From contig OZ025708.1 in NCBI GenBank assembly GCA_964019335.1, forward strand, positions 124,001-188,000: a stretch of DNA of 64,000 nucleotides, read 5' to 3'. Position 1 is the stretch's first letter. Each line of letters starts with the position of its first letter. Source of the stretch: Diplonema japonicum. Taxonomy: Eukaryota; Protista; Euglenozoa: Diplonemea. Shown here one piece after another: positions 25,886 through 34,829 of this stretch. Under the pieces are notes generated by a model. That model made no database searches, was not told the origin of the DNA, and saw only the letters and a program-made list of their open reading frames with translations. Made by a program: the position numbers and the translations under genes.

Positions 25886-26035
25886 TTCTTTCTTTCTCCC
25901 CTCCCTCTTTCGTTGTGTCTTTCTACGTCCACCCCCCCCCCCCCCCCCCCTCGCTTGTCGACACAAAAAGAAACTGGACCATGTTAAGAGAAGGTGAGCT
26001 AAAAGAAGAAAAAAAAAAACGAATCCAAAAGGGCT

Positions 26036-26530
26036 TTAGTGTCTGGAACGTTGAGCGACTGTTTGCACGCAGGGGCAGACCCCCAAGATGGTGAAGATCA
26101 CACCGACGGTAAGGAAGGCAAGACGGATGGGCGTGCTCATTATGTAAATGATGGTGAAGGAGGAGGGCTGCAGCGACTGTGTGGAGACAAGGCCGATGAA
26201 AATGTAGAGCTGGCCTCGGGGGAACCAATGCAAAAGGATTGGAGTCAATGCCTCCACACCCCAGTGCAGTTCAGTGAGGAGGAGAAGGAGCTCTAGGGCA
26301 AAGAGGTAAACATTCAGTACTGCCATAGAGAAGGTCCCCGTGCCCCCTAAGGAGAGGTACTCTACCACAGCAGCCGTGCTTAGCCCCATCATTGCAAGAA
26401 CTAGTAACACACACACCACCATGAACCCTGATAACAGCCTCTCCCCCATCGTCTTTCCATCCCCTTTCCCCTCTTCCTCTTGGATGTCAGGTCCCCCCTT
26501 TCTCAGCGGGGTTCTCTCCGATACTTTCAT
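26036..26530 (-). CDS. COPI-associated / TVP15-family Golgi membrane protein
   Basis: Four TM helices; family-like pattern VLNVYLFALELLLLLTEL...WFPRGQLYIFIG. Confidence 0.65.
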   Translation of the reverse strand: MKVSERTPLRKGGPDIQEEEGKGDGKTMGERLLSGFMVVCVLLVLAMMGLSTAAVVEYLSLGGTGTFSMAVLNVYLFALELLLLLTELHWGVEALTPILLHWFPRGQLYIFIGLVSTQSLQPSSFTIIYIMSTPIRLAFLTVGVIFTILGVCPCVQTVAQRSRH

Positions 26531-26610
26531 ATTTTTTTTTTTTTTTTTTTTTCCTGGGTGCTAACTTGACCCCAGGTTTTCGAAATGTTTAAAGTCAAAC
26601 CCCCCCCCTA

Positions 26611-26779
26611 GGGCTATGCTGGCAGGAAACGTGGAAACGTTTCCGTTTCCGTTCCCATACTTTTCAAAATTCTTATGGAAACGGCTTCCTTCTTAAGGAA
26701 ACATAAGGAAACGTTTCCATTTCCGTTTCCCTTTTTTTCAAAAAATGCATGGAAACGCGTTTCCATGCCAGCATAGCCC
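26611..26779. mobile_element. 169-bp MITE-like element with terminal inverted repeats and flanking TA
   Basis: Perfect 14-bp TIRs GGGCTATGCTGGCA (26611-26624) / TGCCAGCATAGCCC (26766-26779), extendable to ~21 bp with one indel. TA at 26609-10 and 26780-81. Interior built of GGAAAC/GTTTCC motifs. Confidence 0.75.
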
Positions 26780-26781
26780 TA

Positions 26782-27222
26782 GGGGGGGTCATAAGGGGGT
26801 CGTTATTTGCCCTTTTTCAGGCTCTTCGCCAAGGGCATTTTGGGCCCTTAAAAAAACTGCAACCACCCCAGAAGTGCCCACAAATCACCCAACCCCCGTT
26901 TCCCGATGTTTTCCGGCCCCAGAAGTGCCTAGAATCATGTTCTAATGTTGGGGCCCCCGTTTGGTACTTTCCCTATGTAATCCTAGGGAACATAAAATAG
27001 GGGCCCCTAGGACTACATAGGGAAAGTACCAAACGGGGGCCCCAAAATTAGAACATGATTCTAGGCACTTCTGGGGCCGGAAACCATCGGGAAACGGGGG
27101 TTTGGGTGATTTGTGGGCACTTTTGGGGTGGTTACAGTTTTTTTAAGGGCCCAAAATGCCCTTGGCGAAGAGCCTGAAAAAGGGCAAAAAGTGGCCCTTT
27201 TTAAGGACCATATGACCCCCCC
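26782..27222. mobile_element. ~440-bp foldback (long palindromic) non-coding element
   Basis: Arms 26806-26988 and 27005-27188 are reverse complements with 5 substitutions and 1 indel by manual alignment. 16-nt spacer. Outer ends GGGGGGGTCATA / TATGACCCCCCC. Confidence 0.85.
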
Positions 27223-27759
27223 CCCCCCCCCCCCCCCCAGTTTTCAAAATTTGTTTTCGTTAATTCTCAACAAAGGCCGTGCTCATGCATGTTCTTTAAC
27301 CGAATCTTTAGCATTAAAAACAAAATTTGAGTATTTTTTTTCTGGAAGGCCTGAGGGAGGGTGCTCAAACTAAAGGTTCCCGAACTTTGGGTTGATTGTT
27401 GTTTGTGCACAGCTGGGGTTTAGCAATAACAATTCATTATCAATACATTTTTTTTTTTTTTTTTCCCCTTGAGTTCAAGCAAAAAAAAAAAAGAAAGAAA
27501 AAAAGATGAAGGAAAAAAAAATGAAAGAAGGTTCTGAGGGGGATGAGGTGCGAAGAAATGAATATAAAAAAGTAGGGGGGGGTAAGATAATTGGGGGTTA
27601 TATACTGCGAGTCTTTAAAGAAAAAAAAAAAAAAAAGAAAAAAAAAGCTCGGGGAAAATGGGGTATATTTTTGTGTTGTTGTGTGTGAAGTAAGAAAATC
27701 GCCCTCTCCAAAAACCGTGGCAACGATATTTTTTTTTCTCCCCCCCCCATTCTTTCTTT

Positions 27760-28430
27760 TTATCCAATGTTTGCCCCCATGTTCCCGTCCCTCGCATGGT
27801 CATCTTTCCAATCGTCCCAGTTCGACGCCTTCTTTTGCTTCCTTGTGTTCACCTCGTCGTCACTAGTGTCTTCATCTTCATCTTCATTCTTCGGTTCATC
27901 AGGCGGCAGCATCCTTTCCATCTGGATCCTTGCATACTCTGCATCTGACATAGTGGCAGGATTCCGGTCAATAAAAACTTCTGAGAGAATTTTTTCCCTG
28001 TCCATGGAAAGTTGTGTTAAGAACTCTGGGGCACTGGGTACACTTTCTATGACCTTTAAGTCACCAGGTCGTGGGGGGACTCCTTTTTGTTCTTCAATAC
28101 GTTTTTGGTAGTCCTCAGCAGCTTCTGTTTTTTGCTCTTGTGTCAAGCTAGAGAGCATCTCGACCTCTCGCATGCTCATACTGTACTGTTGGGAGCAAAC
28201 ACGCATTTTTACCTCGACGGCGAGGAGCCAGTACTGTCGTTCCACGCCCTCGTGTACCTCCGAGTCCTTCGCGTCGCCTCCGCCTTCTACCTTTACCTCG
28301 TTGTTGATGTTTCTGGACAGCTGTTTCTTTTTGTCCGCCAGCTCGGCAAGCTTCGCCTGCAGCTCTCTTTGTTTTTTCAACCTGTCGATCCGTGCCATGC
28401 GGTCGGTGGGGTTCACTGGGGATGTCAGCC

Positions 28431-28461
<31 letters not shown>

Positions 28462-28887
28462 GTTACATACATGTCATGCTCCTTCTCATTTATCAACCCG
28501 TAGTCCAAGGAGAGGCGGAAGAATGCTTTAAAACACGTGATGGCATTCCGTAAGTTGGACACCCTGTTAGGTAAGGTTTAAAAAACTTTTTTTTTTTTTT
28601 TTTTTTTTTGTAAATACTCACCTGTTCGAGTCAACTTTCTTCTCCTGCAGGTCCCCCAGGTAGTACAGCACGAGGAAGAACTTCACGTCCCCTGTGGCGA
28701 GGTCGTCGATCTCTTCGTTGCGTGAAAACACCTTTCGCTGATCGACCGCACGCCAGAGGTCCTGGAACTGCTGGAAGCACTCCGCCACCAACTCCTGCTT
28801 CCCCTTGTCATTGCCGTCGCCGGTGTGCTGCTCGATTAAGCAGTGCTGCTTTACAGCTTTTTGGTACATTTCGTTTAACGTTGCCAT
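27760..28887 (-). CDS. TAP42: TAP42/IGBP1 (alpha4) PP2A regulatory protein, ~342 aa, 3 exons
   Basis: FSRNEEIDDLATGDVKF..V.YYLGDL, DRMARIDRLK, PATMS..EY, WDDWKDDH..GNM. Introns 28564-28621 and 28430-28470 restore frame. Confidence 0.88.
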
Positions 28888-29601
28888 ATTTATTTTATTA
28901 TTTTTTTTTTTATTATTCCCCCCCCACCTTTTCCCGCTTACTTTTTTTTTTTGTTTCTGAAATTTCTGAGACAGCAGCACCTTGAGTAACTACGGCCGTA
29001 ACTCCTTTTCCTCCCTCTCCGCCAGCTTCTTCTACATCACCTCCATTCTGGACTCCAGGTGCCGACCCATATCATATGGCTCATGGTATTCATGCAATTG
29101 TTGTCAAGAAAAAAAATAAGAAAGAAAAAACACGGGAAAAAAAGGGGGGGGGTGAGGCAATAGTTGACCTAAGAAAGGGGAACTGATCCCCCCTCATTTT
29201 CGAGAGATATGCAGGATGAGGGGGGGGGGAGAGGAAGCTTCTCCTCCTCCTTTTTTTCTTTCCCTTGGCACACTTTTTTTTTTTTTCTTCTCCTATTTTT
29301 TTTTTCCCCCCATCTTTTCTATTTCTTTTGTTCTTTCTCGTCTCTTCGAGACAGGCAGGCGGGGTAGAAATCGAGAGGAAAAAAAAAAGAAAAAAAAGAA
29401 GCGGGAAAAAACTCAAAGTACAGGACAAGCCCCCCGCTAGAGGGCCGCCCTATGGGAGGGGGGGGTCTATCTGTTAATACTCCCCTTCTGGAGCATTGCT
29501 TTCATTCCGATTGAGGCCGTGAGAAAAAAAAATGCAATTTTTAATAAAATCGAACTGATGCCCTGACCTGAAGCTCCCTCTCAGGGTATCAAGCCCCCCC
29601 C

Positions 29602-29634
<33 letters not shown>

Positions 29635-29974
29635 CCGTTAATAGTGAAGACAAATGCGCTTTTGATACCCTTTTGGGGGGAAAAAAAAAATCAGGGGAAG
29701 TTTTGAATTAAAATCAGCTCACCAGAACGCTCAATTTTTTCTTTCTCTCTCCCCCCCCCCCCCCCCCCAACCCGGTCCGTTACCTCAATCTCATTCTCTC
29801 TCTCTCCATTCTTTCCGTTCAACAAAACGAAAGTAAAAGCGGAAAAAAATTTTTTTTTTAAATACGACAAAACCCCCAAACCCACAAAAAAAAAAACAAC
29901 ACACAAAAAATAGAAGGGGGGGGGGGGAAGCTAGGATTCTTTTTTTTTTTTTTTTTTTTTTTTTTATTATAAGA

Positions 29975-30634
29975 TTACAAAACCCGTAAGCCCCACCACA
30001 ATCCTAGCCCGATGCTGAGGCCGGCTGTGGGCCCTTCAGGGAGGCCGGAGGGACCAAGCTTTCTGTTTATAACTCCAAGGGAAAAGGTGTCGAAGAAAGT
30101 CTCAAGCTCCTTCCGCCCACAGGGGCAGAACGGAACGATGCTCGAGGTATTGTACATTGTAGACTCGATGTGGTGCCGGGCCAGCGCAACCTCCTGCGTG
30201 CTCTCGTGCGAGGGGGTTGTCAGAATGGCATTAACTGCGTTGCCTACAAGAACACCACCTATAAAAACCTTGAATTTGTGCCGCCAAGCGAACTTGATAA
30301 AGCGTGCTCCTGTGTACCCCATACCAAAGGCAAATAACAGCTGCCCTGTGTACGGGAGGTTTCTGTCCAATGTGGGGCTCTTTTTATCCAGCCACGCGTC
30401 CCAAGAACCGTGCATGAGCCTGAAGTCGTCCTTCCCCACCTTGCCGTTCCCGGTGTAGTCCATCTTCTTCCCACACCACTGTGTCACAGCTGACTCGCTT
30501 CCCAGCAACTCTTCTATTTTATGGTATACCGCGGATATCTTTTGGTAGTCGTTGGCCTCCCCTAGCATCCACTTGCTTGCACGCTTTATGTCGCCCGTGT
30601 TTAGAAGCGCATCGCTTCTCTCCCCTTCAGGCAT
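29975..30634 (-). CDS. FUN14-like (FUNDC) mitochondrial outer-membrane protein, 219 aa
   Basis: Gly-rich TM segments QLLFAFGMGYTGARFIK..FIGGVLVG and GLSIGLGLWWGL at the C-terminus; EF-hand-like DYTGNGKVGKDD. Confidence 0.5.
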   Translation of the reverse strand: MPEGERSDALLNTGDIKRASKWMLGEANDYQKISAVYHKIEELLGSESAVTQWCGKKMDYTGNGKVGKDDFRLMHGSWDAWLDKKSPTLDRNLPYTGQLLFAFGMGYTGARFIKFAWRHKFKVFIGGVLVGNAVNAILTTPSHESTQEVALARHHIESTMYNTSSIVPFCPCGRKELETFFDTFSLGVINRKLGPSGLPEGPTAGLSIGLGLWWGLRVL

Positions 30635-30672
<38 letters not shown>

Positions 30673-30714
30673 CTTTTTTTTTTCCCACTTTTTTTTTTTT
30701 TTTTTTGCATTTGG

Positions 30715-30752
<38 letters not shown>

Positions 30753-32284
30753 GCTATCTACTACCAAAACAAGGAATGATGTTTTTTTTTTTTACCGTTT
30801 CCTTTCGAGCACCCGAGTTACCTATCGCCGATGTGGAGCCGGTGACAACGAGCCCACGAGAGTCCATAAGGAAGTCGGGATAAAAGGGCAATATAGACTA
30901 AGAAGAGGTGACTTTGAAAGATTGGTGGAAAATTAAGAGGGGGGGGGAGGAAACTAAAAACTAGAATCTCCTTTGCGGGAATCGCATCAAGCCCCCCCCC
31001 CCCCCCCCCCCCGACATGTTCTAAGAATGCAGTCTCAGGATGTAACCTAAGCACAAAGTATGTGTGGGTGGTTGTGTAGACAGTAAAAGTGGAGATGAAA
31101 ATGAAAAGCTGGGGGGGGGGGGGGGGGACCAGCTGAGAGAGAGTGTTGTGGGAAACCTGCTTGAAGAAACTTATGCGGTTTGGGTTTTTTTATTTCTTTT
31201 TTTTTTATATTATTTCCTTCTTTCTTCCTGCGACGTTACCTTTTGATCCCGTTTTCAACAGTAGATTCATTTCGTTTTTTTTTTTTTTTTAAACAAAAGA
31301 AAAAAGTATTTTCATATGAAAAAATAATAGTGTTTGCGCTGGCACCGCCACGGGGTAGGGGTGGGTTGCTAGAACAAGTAAACAAACCTTGTTGCTGCAA
31401 AAAAAAAAAAAAAAAAAAATAGAGGCAATTGTCCATTTATCCCTACTGTAGGTGAAGAAGGCTTTGCTCAAAGATTTTTTTTTCAAATTAACACGCAAGC
31501 TCCCTGAGACGAAAGCCGCATGCCCTAAAAAGGTAAGGGGGCATGGTCAGTACTAGGGATCTCTCAGTTCGGACAAATCTCGACTCCTCCAGGTGCTGTC
31601 CTCATCAAGCGAGAGGCACCCTTCAATGGCTCCTACTAGCGTCCCAGCAGGTTGGAGAGTACTTTTCCCGACCACAAAAAAAAAATGGTTTAGACCAACA
31701 CGGGATCGCCCGCCACTACTGCGGCATAGGGCAGGTCCCAAACAAATTATTTTCTTCTTTTTTTTTTTTCTTTCTTCGCCCCTCCCCCACAAAAAAAAAA
31801 GAAACGTGTAACTTAAGGACATTAGTCATATAGATTCTTCTTTTTCCTTTTCCTTTTTTTTTCCCCTTTTTTTTTTCTTTTTTTCCTGGTGGTGGGGTTA
31901 ATGACATGATGGAGATATTAAGAAATACATCAGATGTGTTGCTTACAAGCAGCCGACTGCACGAGCGCCGAATCTTGGTTGGTTGGGGTTGAGCTGCACA
32001 CCGCACGCATTAAGGAAACAACACTAAATTGAAGAAGCTACAGCTCGGCCGAGGTTCGCACCCCCCTATATTCAAGTAGACTGTACTCGTGCAGGGCGCC
32101 GCCACAACACTGGCTTCTTTATCTCGTAAACATTACAATTTTTTTTTTCCCCCTCTTTTTTTTTTTTTTTTTTTTTTTGGGTTATTAATAACCAGTTTCT
32201 ATTACTTTAAACCCTCAATCCGTTGTTGATAACGAAATAAAGAATGAGAACGAAAAAAAAAGGGGGGGGGAGCGGCTGTTCTTG

Positions 32285-34441
32285 CTACAGCGTCACAGAA
32301 CCGTCTGGCGGGCTGTCAAAAGTCGAAACAGGTGTACAGTTTTGATCATCACAGCTAAATTCCATCTGCAGCATGTTGCTCATGTCCGGGGCAATGTAGA
32401 CCCCTCTCTTGCTCATGTTAAGCCCCTCCATTTCCTCGGGGGCACGCGCAGAGGCATAGAAGCAAAGCACCTTCTTGGTCACTGCATTACTGCAGAGGAC
32501 TGTGCTACCCAACATCCCGTTGCCGAGCACCGTTACAAACTTCTGGTTGTGGTCCCCTACAGTTCCGTGCAAAATGCTGCTTGTGCAGACCCCAACGTGA
32601 ATGGTGGCACCACTGCCAAAACTAGCGGTTCTGCCCAGCATCTTGACAAAGGTCAACGCATTCCCGACATGGTCGCTGCATGGCTTCGGTCCATTCCAAC
32701 ATAAAGCCAGCCTGCTGCCCTGAAGCGATAGGACAGCACCATGTGATCTTTCTGTGTTTGTCAAGACCTTCACGAGCCCTTTGTTAATCACATGTCCCAC
32801 CTCAGCACCCGACTCGTAGCTGGGTAGCAAGACTTCCACACTGCTCACCGTTGCCTGTTGGGTTTTTCGCAGCATGCTAAAGATGGAATTGCGGCTTCCA
32901 TGGCTCGTCACCGAACCATGTGAGACACGGAAGCTTCCTTGCGGGGAGGGCGGGCGGCCGCGCTTTCTTAGATCCAGCTGTTGTTGCACATATCCCTTCC
33001 TCCCGAGCAGTTCCAGGGGCAGCAGTAGGCTCAGTTTCACCATCTCTCGCACGCCCTTCAATTCCATCTCTTCCATCTCGATAACTTCAACAGAGTCAAG
33101 ATATCCCGTCTCCTCAAGTACCTCTGGCGTCACGGCCACTGCCCCACCCACACATGCACCTTCCACACGGGCAGCTTTGTTCACAGTGTTCCCGAAGTAG
33201 TCGTACCTCCCTGTTATGGTGTTCCGCTGCACGTCCACGCTGCCATAGTGGACACCGATGCGGACGCGTAGTCCAGACCAAGGGCCGTGGTCCTGCCAGG
33301 CGCACTGTTCCAAGTCAAGTAGTTTGTCAGGCCACATGCTTGTCACAAGCTTCTCCTGAGCGGACAGGCTGAACCAGACAGCGTCGTAGACGCTCTCGAA
33401 GGCCACCATAAAGGCGTCCCCGATGGTCTTCACCTCGTACCCATTGTGCTCGGTGATGCAGTCCCGCATTGCTTTGTTATGCACGCGAAGACCCTCCTTC
33501 ATTCCATCGGGGCATGCTTCCCATGTTGCTGTTGATCCTTGGATGTCCGTGAAGACGAGAGCGGCTCTCTGTGACTGAAGGCCGGGTGGGTCGTGTCCCT
33601 GAGCAAGGCTGCTGTGCAAGTCGGAGAAGAGAGCGTCTGGGAGGTAGGGGCGGTAGTTTTTGAGGTTTGAAAGGATGCTGCTAAACGCGTCGAAAAGGGG
33701 CGGGGGGAGGCTGGCCGTGGTGATGACCTCCTCAGCGGCGTCGAGATCGAAACGGGAAAGAGACGTAGCGATGTCCTCAGTGGCAGCAATGACCTTGTTC
33801 ATCTTCTCATGCTCCCGGTAGAGGTCGTGCGCAAAACGCCGCGTAATATAGAAATCGAACAGGAAAATGACCACCTGTTGATAGAAAACAACCAACATGT
33901 GAGCAAGGGGAAACGGACAAGGGTAGTTCGTGCAGTCGATGAAGGACCCACGCTCCGACTGCGGAGGAAGGATGGGCAAGTCGAATAACCCGAAACGCAT
34001 GGAACTTTCCAAAGCAACGAGAAGGAGATAGCTGATCAACAAGACAATGAGGTTCCTAGCCACACGTGAAGGGAGCCTGCAGACGAGACACACATCTATG
34101 AAAATAACAAAGAAAGGCCAGCCCTGGTTCCTGTCCATCTTCACAGCCTGCACAAGATCACCACAAAGGATTGTGGTCGCAAGCGAGTATAACAATACTT
34201 CCGTGACGGCCGGACGGAACTTCCTCTCAACTATCATCTGCACCACTTGCACGATGGAAGCGATCATCCCCAGCAGGCGCCTCATGACCTCGAATACTGA
34301 TTTGCTTGTATCGTCCCCAAAGGACCCAATAGCCGTCACAGCACCTAGCACACCCCCGACTAGTACAATCTTCTTCGCAAGCACCGTGATGGGGTCATCC
34401 CCATCTCTAGTCACGTACGCGAACAAACGTTGATACACCAT
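32285..34441 (-). CDS. Multi-pass membrane class III adenylate cyclase (718 aa) with a degenerate second cyclase-like domain
   Basis: LVFTDIQGST..WE, YEVKTIGDAFMVAF, GLRVRIGVHYG, YDYFGNTVNKAARVE (Lys/Asp ATP-specifying residues). About 6 N-terminal TM helices. C-terminal HVGVC...GTVG..VTVLG remnant. Confidence 0.9.
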   Translation of the reverse strand: MVYQRLFAYVTRDGDDPITVLAKKIVLVGGVLGAVTAIGSFGDDTSKSVFEVMRRLLGMIASIVQVVQMIVERKFRPAVTEVLLYSLATTILCGDLVQAVKMDRNQGWPFFVIFIDVCLVCRLPSRVARNLIVLLISYLLLVALESSMRFGLFDLPILPPQSERGSFIDCTNYPCPFPLAHMLVVFYQQVVIFLFDFYITRRFAHDLYREHEKMNKVIAATEDIATSLSRFDLDAAEEVITTASLPPPLFDAFSSILSNLKNYRPYLPDALFSDLHSSLAQGHDPPGLQSQRAALVFTDIQGSTATWEACPDGMKEGLRVHNKAMRDCITEHNGYEVKTIGDAFMVAFESVYDAVWFSLSAQEKLVTSMWPDKLLDLEQCAWQDHGPWSGLRVRIGVHYGSVDVQRNTITGRYDYFGNTVNKAARVEGACVGGAVAVTPEVLEETGYLDSVEVIEMEEMELKGVREMVKLSLLLPLELLGRKGYVQQQLDLRKRGRPPSPQGSFRVSHGSVTSHGSRNSIFSMLRKTQQATVSSVEVLLPSYESGAEVGHVINKGLVKVLTNTERSHGAVLSLQGSRLALCWNGPKPCSDHVGNALTFVKMLGRTASFGSGATIHVGVCTSSILHGTVGDHNQKFVTVLGNGMLGSTVLCSNAVTKKVLCFYASARAPEEMEGLNMSKRGVYIAPDMSNMLQMEFSCDDQNCTPVSTFDSPPDGSVTL

Positions 34442-34829
34442 GTTGTCGCATGCACGCACGCACCTTTGGATGAGTGGTATTTGTATGAAAAAAGATTATT
34501 GATTTTAGTAACTGCCCCCCCCCCCCCCCCCCCCCCCGGCACTTCTTTAAGGCGTTTTCCCTTGATCGTATCTTTGCTCGGGAAAAGCAAGTATCACATG
34601 TCACATGTGGATGATTGCAGACACGGCTGCCAAGGCAGCAGACACGGAGAGGACGTTGAAAAATGAAACACCGCTGGGTGTAGTGTCCGCCTGGTTTGCG
34701 GCACAACAGGAGAAGGGACACATAATTCAACATAGGAGACCAACATAGGGGAACTAGAATAGTCGGCTCCTGTAAAGGAACTGACATTAGGGAAAATAAA
34801 AGGAGGAGGAGATGATGGTTTCTTAAACT

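Noticed and set aside
27244-27330. 14-bp AT-rich inverted pair next to the foldback, and an 11-bp hairpin at 29557-29590
   Set aside because: Short or low-complexity and could arise by chance; no TSD or other support.
28990-29034. Stop-codon reassignment (TAG = Gln) suggested by two in-frame TAGs
   Set aside because: TAG terminates well-supported genes (2423, 22817, 62864), and long ORFs have no internal stops.
32181-32210. TTATTAATAACCAGTTTCTATTACTTTA resembles the euglenozoan spliced-leader core CAGTTTCTGTACTTTATTG
   Set aside because: Partial AT-rich match only, with no GT donor, SL RNA body or downstream retrogene; probably chance.
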